Origin: an uncultured Clostridia bacterium
Lineage (GTDB): Bacteria > Bacillota > Clostridia > Lachnospirales > CAG-274
Assembly: GCA_944384195.1 (NCBI GenBank)
Contig: CALWSK010000003.1
Coordinates: 74,826-138,825, forward strand
Direction: 5' to 3'
Length of the DNA stretch: 64,000 nt
In this document: positions 8,808 through 17,679 of the stretch, in pieces
How positions within the stretch are numbered: position 1 is the first letter of the stretch
Layout: each line of letters begins with the position of its first letter
Program-made: the position numbers and the translations under genes
Notes under the pieces: model-generated
Seen by the model: only the letters and a program-made list of their open reading frames with translations
What the model was told of the DNA's origin: nothing
Database searches by the model: none

Positions 8808-9083
8808 AAAAATCAGATAATTTTTTAAAATATATTTTTACAATAAATTTTTATTAAATATAATATAACTTATTTGTATTTTATCTTGCAAATAAATATC
8901 TAATAAGCTATACTATATTAAAAATTTATAATAATAAAATATTAATAATTATATATTATAAATTTATATTTTTTCTATTTTAAAATAGAATAATATATTT
9001 TATACTAATAATATTTTATAAATAAAAGAGCTTAAAAAATTTTAATCTAATTAATAAATGAATATAGAAAAAGGTAGGATTTT

Positions 9084-11072
9084 ATGGCAAAAAATAATAA
9101 AGAAAACATAAAAATTCAGTCTCAATATGGTAATGAGAGTATCACCTCTTTAAAAGGAGCAGATAGAGTAAGACTAAGACCTGCTGTAATATTTGGCTCT
9201 GATGGCATAGAAGGATGTAAACACTCTGTTTTTGAAATTTTGTCAAATTCTATAGATGAAGCTAGAGAAGGTTTTGGAAATTTGATAAAAATAGCCTACT
9301 ACAAGGATAAATCTATTCTTATAGAAGATAGAGGTAGAGGAATACCGGTAGACTTTAATCAAAAAGAAAACAAATATAACTGGGAACTTTTATTTTGTGA
9401 GCTATACGCTGGTGGGAAATATCTTAACAATAGTGGAGAAAACTATGAATTTAGCTTAGGGCTTAATGGACTTGGACTTTGTTCTACTCAGTATAGTTCT
9501 GAATATATGGACGTTGAAATAATAAGAGATGGCTATAAATATAATTTACATTTTGAAAAAGGAGAAAATGTAGGTGGTTTAAAAAAAGAAAAAACAACTG
9601 AAAAAACAACTGGAAGCAAAATACATTGGCGTCCAGATAGAGAAGTATTTACAGATATAGATATAGACACAGAATACTTTAAACAAATATTAAAAAGACA
9701 ATGCGTTGTAAATGCTGGTCTTAGCTTTGAGCTTTATATAGAAGAGGAAGATAAAACTTATACTTTCTGTTATAAAGAGGGTATAAAAGATTATATAAAA
9801 GAATTATCACAAGATAAAAACCTTACAGAACCTGTTTATTATAAAGCAGAGATGAAAGGAAAAGATAGAGAAGATAAAGAAGAATATAAGCTAAAGTTTG
9901 AGCTTAGTTTCTGTTTTAACAATGAAATAAATATTATAGAATATTATCATAACTCTAGCTTTTTAGAATATGGTGGTTCTCCAGATAAAGCTGTCAAATC
10001 GGCTTTTGTATATGCTATAGATAAATATATAAAAACTAATAATTTATATAAAAAAGATGAAAAGAAAATAACCTATAGCGACATAGAAGATAGCCTTATT
10101 ATAATTATAAATTCTTTTTCTACACAAACAAGCTATGAAAACCAAACTAAAAAAGCTATAACAAATAAATTTATTCAAGATGCTATGACAGATTTTTTAA
10201 AAGAAAATCTTGAAGTATATTTCATAGAAAATAAGCTAGATGCTGATAAGATAGCAAATCAAGTCCTTATAAATAAAAGAAGCCGAGAAACAGCAGAAAA
10301 AACTAGAATAAATATTAAGAAAAAACTTACTGGAAATATAGATATGACAAACCGAGTTGAAAAATTTGTAAATTGTCGCTCTAAAGATGCTAGTAAAAGA
10401 GAAATATATATAGTAGAAGGTGATTCTGCTCTTGGAGCTTGTATGCAAGGACGTGATGCAGAATTTCAAGGGATTATGCCAGTTAGAGGAAAAATACTAA
10501 ACTGTCTTAAAGCAAACTATGATAAAATATTTAATAGCGATATAATAACAGATTTAATAAAAGTCCTAGGTTGTGGAGTTGAGCTAAAAACAAAACATAA
10601 TAAAGACTTAAATAGTTTTGATATAAACAATCTTAGATGGGATAAAATAATAATATGTACTGATGCCGACGTTGATGGCTTCCAAATTAGAACTCTTATT
10701 CTAACTATGCTATATAGACTAGTGCCTACTTTAATAGAGGAAAAGAAAGTATTTATAGCAGAATCTCCTTTATATGAAATAACTTCTGGTAAAAAAACTT
10801 ATTTTGCATATTCAGAAAAAGAAAAACAAGATATAATATCAAAGCTAGATAACTACCATATACAACGTTCTAAAGGACTTGGAGAAAATGAACCAGAAAT
10901 GATGTGGCAAACTACTATGAACCCAAAAACAAGAAAACTAGTTCAAGTATTACCAGAAGATGTAGAAAAAACAAAAGATATGTTCGAAATGCTCCTTGGA
11001 GATAACCTAAAAGCAAGGAAAAAATATATAGAAAAAAATGGCTATAAATATATAGAACTTGCAGACTTATAA
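9084..11072 (+). CDS. type IIA DNA topoisomerase subunit B (divergent GyrB/ParE family)
   Basis: GHKL ATPase motifs EILSNSIDE, EDRGRGIPVD, GLNGLG; TOPRIM motifs VEGDSA, PVRGKILN, TDADVDG; QRSKGLGE. Confidence 0.92.
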   Translation: MAKNNKENIKIQSQYGNESITSLKGADRVRLRPAVIFGSDGIEGCKHSVFEILSNSIDEAREGFGNLIKIAYYKDKSILIEDRGRGIPVDFNQKENKYNWELLFCELYAGGKYLNNSGENYEFSLGLNGLGLCSTQYSSEYMDVEIIRDGYKYNLHFEKGENVGGLKKEKTTEKTTGSKIHWRPDREVFTDIDIDTEYFKQILKRQCVVNAGLSFELYIEEEDKTYTFCYKEGIKDYIKELSQDKNLTEPVYYKAEMKGKDREDKEEYKLKFELSFCFNNEINIIEYYHNSSFLEYGGSPDKAVKSAFVYAIDKYIKTNNLYKKDEKKITYSDIEDSLIIIINSFSTQTSYENQTKKAITNKFIQDAMTDFLKENLEVYFIENKLDADKIANQVLINKRSRETAEKTRINIKKKLTGNIDMTNRVEKFVNCRSKDASKREIYIVEGDSALGACMQGRDAEFQGIMPVRGKILNCLKANYDKIFNSDIITDLIKVLGCGVELKTKHNKDLNSFDINNLRWDKIIICTDADVDGFQIRTLILTMLYRLVPTLIEEKKVFIAESPLYEITSGKKTYFAYSEKEKQDIISKLDNYHIQRSKGLGENEPEMMWQTTMNPKTRKLVQVLPEDVEKTKDMFEMLLGDNLKARKKYIEKNGYKYIELADL

Positions 11073-11119
11073 TAAATTAAATAAAAGAAGAAAGGAGGGC
11101 TACCTAAGTAGCAAAATAT

Positions 11120-13282
11120 ATGTCAAATAACAATTATATACAACAAAATATAACAAAAACTCTAGAGCTAAACTATATGCCCTATGCTATGAGTGTTATT
11201 ATATCAAGAGCAATTCCAGAAATAGACGGATTTAAACCATCACATAGAAAACTGCTATATACTATGTATAAAATGGGACTTTTAAAAGGCAGTAGAACAA
11301 AATCTACAAATGTTGTAGGGCAAACTATGAAGCTAAATCCTCACGGGGATATGGCTATATACGAAACTTTGGTTAGACTAACTCGTGGCAATGATGCCCT
11401 ATTAACTCCTTTTATAGATTCTAAAGGTAATTTTGGAAAACAATATTCAAGAGATATGGCTTTTGCCGCATCTAGATATACAGAGGTTAAGCTAGATGAT
11501 ATATGTCAAGAAATATTTAAACATATAGAAAAAGATACTGTAGACTTTATAGATAACTATGATAGCACTATGAAAGAGCCAGTCCTATTCCCTACTACTT
11601 TTCCTAATATCTTAGTAACTAATAATCAAGGTATAGCAGTTAGTATGGCAAGCTCTATTTGTAGCTTTAACTTAAAAGAAGTCTGTCAAGCTACTATAAA
11701 ATTTATAAAAAATCCTAATGTAGATATAAAAAAATATTTAAAAGCTCCTGATTTTTCAAGTGGTGGAGAACTTATTTATAATGAAAAAGAGTTATCAAAT
11801 ATATATGAAACTGGAAGAGGAAGCTTTAAACTAAGGGGTAAATATAGATTTGATAAAAAAAATAGCCTTATAGAAATATATGAAATACCTTATACTACAA
11901 CTGTAGAAGCTATAATAGATAAAATAATAAGTCTTGTTAAACTTAATAAAATTAAAGAAATAAATGATATAAGAAATGAAACAGATAAAAATGGACTTAA
12001 AATAGCTATAGATATAAAAAAATCTGCTAATGTAGATTTACTTATGCATAAACTTTACACAATGACTCCTCTTAGCGATAGCTTTAGTTGTAATTTTAAT
12101 ATTCTTATAAACGCCGTCCCTAAAACTATGGGTATAAAAGAGATACTCTCTAATTGGTTAGATTTTAGAATAAATTGCATAAAAAGACAAACAAAATTTG
12201 ACCTTTCTAAAAAACAAGATAGACATCACCTACTTTCAGGGCTTTCTAAAATCTTATTAGATATAGATAAAGCTATAAGTATAATAAGAGAAACTACAGA
12301 AGATGCTAAAGTTATTCCTAATCTAAAAAAAGGTTTTGATATAGACGATAAACAAGCTGAATATATAGCAGAAATAAAACTTAGAAATCTTAATAAAGAA
12401 TATCTTCTTAAAAAAGTAGATGAAATAAGCAAAATAGAAGATGAAATAAAAAATCTTAAAAAAATATTAGAAGATGAAACACTTATAAAAGATATTATTT
12501 GTGATGAGCTAAAAGATATATCTAAAAAATATGGTAAAGCTAGAAAAACAGACATTATATATGAAGAAGAAATAAAAGAAATAGACGAAAATCAACTTAT
12601 AGAAGATTATAGTATAAAACTATTTATTACAAAGCAAAACTATTTTAAAAAGGTTAGTGCTATTTCGCTTCGTTCTTCTGGAGAACATAAACTAAAAGAA
12701 GATGACTATATTATTAAAGAAATAGAAGCTAGTAATAAATGTGAGCTGCTTTTCTTCTCTAATAAAGCAAATTTATATAAAATAAAAGCTTATGAAATGC
12801 AAGATGTAAAAGTTAGCAGCATGGGACATTATCTTCCTAATATTTTAGGTATGGAAGAAGATGAAAATATTATATATTTTACTACTACTATAGATTTTAA
12901 AGGAGATATGCTATTTGGTTTTGAAAATGGAAAAATGGCAAAAATTAGTCTAGATTTATATAAAACTAATAGAAAAAAATTATCTAATGTTTATAACTTA
13001 AAATCTAAACTAATATTTATTAAACATATCCTAGAAGATGAAGATATGTTGTTTATAAGAAAAGATGATAAAGCTATCCTTATAAATTCTAATCAAATAG
13101 AAAAAAAATCTACTAAATCAACTATGGGAACTAATGTATTTACTATTAAAAGAGATGATTTTATCACAAATATATTAGATTTAGATAAAATTAAAGATTT
13201 AGAACTTTCTCATTATAAAGAAAACAATCTTCCATCTAATGGACATTTTATATTAGATAAAGATAAAAAATATTTTAAATAA
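11120..13282 (+). CDS. type IIA DNA topoisomerase subunit A (divergent, ParC-like)
   Basis: RAIPEIDGFKPSHRK, NPHGD, catalytic AASRYTE; no recognisable GyrA-box (QRRGGKG) in the C-terminal domain. Confidence 0.9.
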   Translation: MSNNNYIQQNITKTLELNYMPYAMSVIISRAIPEIDGFKPSHRKLLYTMYKMGLLKGSRTKSTNVVGQTMKLNPHGDMAIYETLVRLTRGNDALLTPFIDSKGNFGKQYSRDMAFAASRYTEVKLDDICQEIFKHIEKDTVDFIDNYDSTMKEPVLFPTTFPNILVTNNQGIAVSMASSICSFNLKEVCQATIKFIKNPNVDIKKYLKAPDFSSGGELIYNEKELSNIYETGRGSFKLRGKYRFDKKNSLIEIYEIPYTTTVEAIIDKIISLVKLNKIKEINDIRNETDKNGLKIAIDIKKSANVDLLMHKLYTMTPLSDSFSCNFNILINAVPKTMGIKEILSNWLDFRINCIKRQTKFDLSKKQDRHHLLSGLSKILLDIDKAISIIRETTEDAKVIPNLKKGFDIDDKQAEYIAEIKLRNLNKEYLLKKVDEISKIEDEIKNLKKILEDETLIKDIICDELKDISKKYGKARKTDIIYEEEIKEIDENQLIEDYSIKLFITKQNYFKKVSAISLRSSGEHKLKEDDYIIKEIEASNKCELLFFSNKANLYKIKAYEMQDVKVSSMGHYLPNILGMEEDENIIYFTTTIDFKGDMLFGFENGKMAKISLDLYKTNRKKLSNVYNLKSKLIFIKHILEDEDMLFIRKDDKAILINSNQIEKKSTKSTMGTNVFTIKRDDFITNILDLDKIKDLELSHYKENNLPSNGHFILDKDKKYFK

Positions 13283-13308
13283 AAAAAGATGCATTTGCAT
13301 CTTTTTTT
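13281..13308. terminator. bidirectional intrinsic terminator
   Basis: AAAAAAAGATGC-ATTT-GCATCTTTTTTT between convergent genes. Confidence 0.85.
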
Positions 13309-13329
13309 ATTTAACTATTAAACTTAAGA

Positions 13330-14436
13330 TTATTTTATAACTCTTCTAGCTCCATAATAAGTTTTAAGGCTATAAGAATCATTTAAGCTAGATATCATAA
13401 CACCTCTGTTTTTACTATCTGTAGAATGTATGTATTGTCCATCACCTATATATATACCTACGTGCGATATAGGTGTATCTCCACCAGTATTAAAGAATAC
13501 TAAATCTCCAGGCATAAGATTTTTCTTTTCAACTGGAGTACCATTTAAATATTGGTCTCTAGAAGTTCTATTTAAGTTTATACCAAATTTTCTAAATACC
13601 GAATATGTAAAACCTGAACAGTCTGTCCCTATTTCTAAGTTTATACTACCATAAATATAAGATTTACCAAGATGAGCTTTAGCAAAGTTTATAATTTCTT
13701 GAGCTTTAGGACTTGCATCTTCACTCGTAGATATATCTTGTTGTTTATTATCTGTTATATCAACAAATTCTGCACTAACGTATCCTACATTTCCATTATA
13801 ACTAACCTTTAACCATTCTCCATTATTATCTTCTATATAGTCTGCATAAGCTCCAAAAGGTATTACTGTTAATACTGCTGATTTTGTAGTTGGTTCTTGT
13901 CTTAAATTAAGCCCTGCATCAGAATTTATCCTTACATACTTACCTTGTTTTTGTTCTGTTTGCTCCGTTTTTTTATTATCTTCTATTTCTAACTTAGAAT
14001 CAACTAAATATTGATTTTGAATATAAACTATATGTTCGTCAAAGAAAATTTGAGTAAATCCATTTACTTCTTTTCCTAATACAACTGTAGAACCAACTTC
14101 TATTTCACCTACTTTTTGGCTAGAAGAAGATGCCTCTAAATATACTGGTATATTCTTAAGTCCCTTACTCCCACCAGTGATTTTAGCAAATTTCGTTGTT
14201 ATATAGTTATCATTTGTAAAAGATATAGTAAAAGTATCTTCAAGGCTATCTCTTTTAGATACTGTTTCTCCATTTTTAGAAGAAATAACAGATATAGAAT
14301 TTTGACTTATAGTATTTAATGTATTAGCAGTTACTACATTAGCAGTTGCACTTATAGGCGTTGCAAAAACTGGTGTAGCATTAGTTAGTAATAACATAGA
14401 CATAATAGAAACTTTAGCTTTTGTATTTACTTTCAA
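13330..14436 (-). CDS. secreted SH3 plus NlpC/P60 (C40) cell-wall endopeptidase
   Basis: Signal peptide ending VFA, SH3b (LNLRQEPTT...WLKVSYNGNVGYVS), catalytic DCSGF and HVGIYIG...IHS. Confidence 0.9.
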   Translation of the reverse strand: MKVNTKAKVSIMSMLLLTNATPVFATPISATANVVTANTLNTISQNSISVISSKNGETVSKRDSLEDTFTISFTNDNYITTKFAKITGGSKGLKNIPVYLEASSSSQKVGEIEVGSTVVLGKEVNGFTQIFFDEHIVYIQNQYLVDSKLEIEDNKKTEQTEQKQGKYVRINSDAGLNLRQEPTTKSAVLTVIPFGAYADYIEDNNGEWLKVSYNGNVGYVSAEFVDITDNKQQDISTSEDASPKAQEIINFAKAHLGKSYIYGSINLEIGTDCSGFTYSVFRKFGINLNRTSRDQYLNGTPVEKKNLMPGDLVFFNTGGDTPISHVGIYIGDGQYIHSTDSKNRGVMISSLNDSYSLKTYYGARRVIK

Positions 14437-14500
14437 AACATGACCTCCCTAAATAAGGTTTATTATCAATTTATATAATTAATTATAGTAATATAAAATA

Positions 14501-14530
14501 ATTATACTACAATATTTACATAATTGTCAA
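14501..14530 (-). promoter_or_regulatory. sigma-A-type promoter for the NlpC/P60 gene
   Basis: Minus strand TTGACA (14530-14525), 18 nt spacer, TATAAT (14506-14501). Confidence 0.6.
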
Positions 14531-14532
14531 TT

Positions 14533-15735
14533 TTATATCTGTAGCTTAGAATTTTCTTGCAAAGAATATATAGACTTATTAAAATTAAAAGCATAAGCAA
14601 AAGCCATAACTATAAAATAATAGGGCATATTTTGATATCCAAAAACTTCTCCTCCTATAAATATAGGAGCCAAAAATGTATTTGTAGCACTTCCAAACAC
14701 ACTTATATATCCAAGAGATGCTACAAGTTCTATAGGTAAATCAAAAATAGGCGCTAATATAACACCAAGGCTTGCTCCTATTGCAAAAAGAGGTGTTACC
14801 TCTCCGCCTTGAAATCCTGCCGATAATGTTATAACTGTTAATAAAAGTTTCAATATAAAATCATAAGTGTATATAGATTTATTGTTAAAACTTGCATCTA
14901 TAAGATTTGTCCCAAGTCCACAATATCTCCCACTATGTAATATTAAAAGTATAATACTTAAAAATATTCCTACAAAAAATATTCTTTTTATAGGATTTTC
15001 AATCTTGTTTGCCAAAAATTGTTTTGTATTTTTAAGTAAAAAAGTAAATAAACTCCCTACAAGCCCAAATATTATACCTATAAAAATAATTTTAAAAAGT
15101 ATATTAAAATCTATAGATATATTGCTATTTATATTAAAGCTAAATTTTTCAAGTCCTAAAAAATGTGAAGTAGCACTTGCAGTAAAAGCTCCGGCTACAG
15201 TAGGTATAAGCACACTATAGTGTATAGCTCCAGCTATTAAAACTTCAACAGCAAATAATATAGCCGCTATAGGTGTTTGAAAAAGCCCGGCAAATCCAGA
15301 TGCCATACCAATTATTAAAAATGTTTTTTTATCACATTTAAAATTTATCTTTGTAGATAACCAGTCTGAAAAAGTGGCTCCTACTTGAACTGCAACACCT
15401 TCTCTACCAGCACTTCCCCCAAAAAGATGAGTAAGCCAAGTGCTAACTATAACAAAAGGTATAAGTCTTAATGGTATTTTTTCTTCTTTATCTTGAGCTA
15501 CCTCAAATACAAGACTCATTCCCTTTATGCTATTAGAACCAAATTTTTTATAAACAAATATAATTAAAACCCCTATAATAGCTAAAAATGGTAAAAAATA
15601 AAAAATATGTTCATCTCTTATTTCTCCTATTCTTATAAGAGTTTTCCCAAATATTGTATCAATAATTCCTACTACAAATCCAATAGGAATCCCTATAAAT
15701 GATAATAAAATTATTTTTTTATAAAATTTTTCCAT
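14533..15735 (-). CDS. CLC-family anion transporter, CLC-F (fluoride/H+ antiporter) type
   Basis: Polytopic membrane protein with GMSLV, GREGV and GGEVTP, matching the CLC-F signatures GMGLI, GREGT/V and GEVTP. Confidence 0.82.
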   Translation of the reverse strand: MEKFYKKIILLSFIGIPIGFVVGIIDTIFGKTLIRIGEIRDEHIFYFLPFLAIIGVLIIFVYKKFGSNSIKGMSLVFEVAQDKEEKIPLRLIPFVIVSTWLTHLFGGSAGREGVAVQVGATFSDWLSTKINFKCDKKTFLIIGMASGFAGLFQTPIAAILFAVEVLIAGAIHYSVLIPTVAGAFTASATSHFLGLEKFSFNINSNISIDFNILFKIIFIGIIFGLVGSLFTFLLKNTKQFLANKIENPIKRIFFVGIFLSIILLILHSGRYCGLGTNLIDASFNNKSIYTYDFILKLLLTVITLSAGFQGGEVTPLFAIGASLGVILAPIFDLPIELVASLGYISVFGSATNTFLAPIFIGGEVFGYQNMPYYFIVMAFAYAFNFNKSIYSLQENSKLQI

Positions 15736-15762
15736 ATTACCCTCCCTTAATTGCCAAAATAT

Positions 15763-15801
15763 AAAAAGGCTTAAACAAACTAAGTTTATTTATAGCCTTT
15801 T
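15763..15801 (-). terminator. intrinsic terminator after the M23 peptidase gene
   Basis: Minus strand AAAAGGCTATAAATAAACT...AGTTTGTTTAAGCCTTTTT imperfect stem with a T tail. Confidence 0.65.
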
Positions 15802-15809
15802 CTATATAC

Positions 15810-17327
15810 CTATTTTAAATAATTTATAGGGTTTTGCGTTGCTCCATTTTTTATAACTTCAAAATGTACGTGGTTACCAGTGCTATTTCCTGTATTTCCT
15901 ACATAAGCTATAACCTCACCTTGAGCTACTTTCTGCCCTACATTAACTGCCAACTTACTATTATGCGCATAAACAGTCTCAAAACCATTACCGTGGTTTA
16001 TCTTAACCATATACCCATATCCGCCATCATTCCAACCAGAAAATGTAACAGTACCTCCATCAGATGCCTTTATAGGAGTTCCAGAAGGAGCAGCAATATC
16101 TATTCCCTTATGCAAAGTTCCCCATCTATATCCATATCCAGAAGATAATCTTCCACTAACTGGATATATAAAACTACCTATAGCTTTTTTAGGTGGAGTG
16201 TTTAAAGTACCTACTTCTACTTTTTCTGTCTTAGGCTCTACTATTACCTTTTCAGATAAAACTTCTCTTTTTTGCTCCACACCATTTACTTTTATAACTT
16301 TAGCAGTAACTTCTTTACTTCCGTCTTTTCCCTCAATTAAAACTTTTTTATAATTTTTATATTCTTTATTATTTTCCACTTTTTCTATTTTTTTAGGAAC
16401 AACTTGTGTATAAGTTGATTTTTCATATGTTTGTACAGATAATAAAGGTATAGAAGCAGTAATATTTACTTTACTACCTATTTTAAGAGGTGTATCTTCC
16501 GTAAGATTCGGATTTTCTGCTAAAAGCTCGTCCAAAGACATATCATTATCCATAGCTATTTCAAAAAGAGTATCTCCTTCTTTTATTTCATATTGTATAG
16601 CTTCGTTTTTATTAGAATTAAGATTAACACTAGCTTGTTCCTCTGTTAAGATATCTTTTTCTGCTACATATTTATTTTCAACTTTTACATCTTCTAAAAA
16701 AGTAGGTTCTTGTAACTGTATTGTACCTGGTTTTATATATTTATTTTTTATATTATTTAAAATTTTATTAGCCTCTTCTTCAGATTTTACAGTAGCTAAA
16801 ACCTCTCCATCAACTGTTATAACACTAGCCTCTACCTTGAATGTAAATCCTTTCGATATTGGGTATATAGCTTGTTCAACACTCATTATATCTGCTTTAG
16901 CAGCTCTTACTGGCTTTAAAGTTATTTCTTCATTTACTTCTACATTAGCTCCTTCTTTGTCTTTTAATCTATCAAGTACAATTTGAGTAAGCTCCTTTAC
17001 ATCTTTAACCCCAGATTGTCTTAAGTTTATAGTAGCTACTAGCTTGTCCCCTACATAAACCTCTTGAGCATTTTTATATGTAAGTATATAAATAGAAGCA
17101 AAAACAACCATAATAATAAGAGCTATTATTCCTATTCTTTTCTTATCATATTTAATATTTGAAGTATTAGTTTCAAATTTTATAATTTTTGCCTTTTTCT
17201 CTTCCCCTTTTATAATAAGAGGAGTTTCTTTAAAATTTGTTTCTCTATCTGGAAATTGTATAATTTTCCCTTTATCTTTTGTATTATCTTCTTGAGAAAA
17301 GTTATCTTTGTCTAGCTTTACCGACAT
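15810..17327 (-). CDS. membrane-anchored M23 peptidase with LysM and G5 domains
   Basis: One TM segment (IGIIALIIMVVFASIYIL), LysM (YEIKEGDTLFEIA), G5, M23 motifs HKGIDIAA, YAHNS, HVHFEV. Start moved to ATG 17327, which follows GGAGGT. Confidence 0.9.
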   Translation of the reverse strand: MSVKLDKDNFSQEDNTKDKGKIIQFPDRETNFKETPLIIKGEEKKAKIIKFETNTSNIKYDKKRIGIIALIIMVVFASIYILTYKNAQEVYVGDKLVATINLRQSGVKDVKELTQIVLDRLKDKEGANVEVNEEITLKPVRAAKADIMSVEQAIYPISKGFTFKVEASVITVDGEVLATVKSEEEANKILNNIKNKYIKPGTIQLQEPTFLEDVKVENKYVAEKDILTEEQASVNLNSNKNEAIQYEIKEGDTLFEIAMDNDMSLDELLAENPNLTEDTPLKIGSKVNITASIPLLSVQTYEKSTYTQVVPKKIEKVENNKEYKNYKKVLIEGKDGSKEVTAKVIKVNGVEQKREVLSEKVIVEPKTEKVEVGTLNTPPKKAIGSFIYPVSGRLSSGYGYRWGTLHKGIDIAAPSGTPIKASDGGTVTFSGWNDGGYGYMVKINHGNGFETVYAHNSKLAVNVGQKVAQGEVIAYVGNTGNSTGNHVHFEVIKNGATQNPINYLK

Positions 17328-17476
17328 AAAAAACCTCCGTCTTAACTTTATGTTATATTTATAAAGCAATATATTTTATCTACACTTAAAAAAATTCATA
17401 ATCTAAAAATTACAAACAAATTTTTGTTATAATCTAGATTTGAATTAAGATATTCTTGTAAGAAAAAATTAATTTT

Positions 17477-17523
17477 TGTAACACATTTGTAACAATTATA
17501 ACTTATTTATTTCATTTTTTCAA
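17477..17523 (-). promoter_or_regulatory. sigma-A promoter of the M23 peptidase gene with an adjacent WalR-type direct repeat
   Basis: Minus strand TTGAAA (17523-17518), 17 nt spacer, TATAAT (17500-17495); plus strand TGTAAC-ACATT-TGTAAC at 17477-17493. Confidence 0.6.
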
Positions 17524-17629
17524 GTAACTTTTAAAATTCTCGCGTTTTTTATACATTTTGTATAATTTATAATAATAAAAATTATAAAATTCTACAAATT
17601 ATATAGGTAATAATAATAATCAAAAAATT

Positions 17630-17660
17630 AAAAAAGGACTGAAGAATTATTCTACAGTCC
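17630..17660 (-). terminator. intrinsic terminator after the tagO-like gene
   Basis: Minus strand GGACTGTAGAAT-A-ATTCTTCAGTCC followed by TTTTTT. Confidence 0.7.
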
Positions 17661-17679
17661 AAAAATTTTAATACTAATT

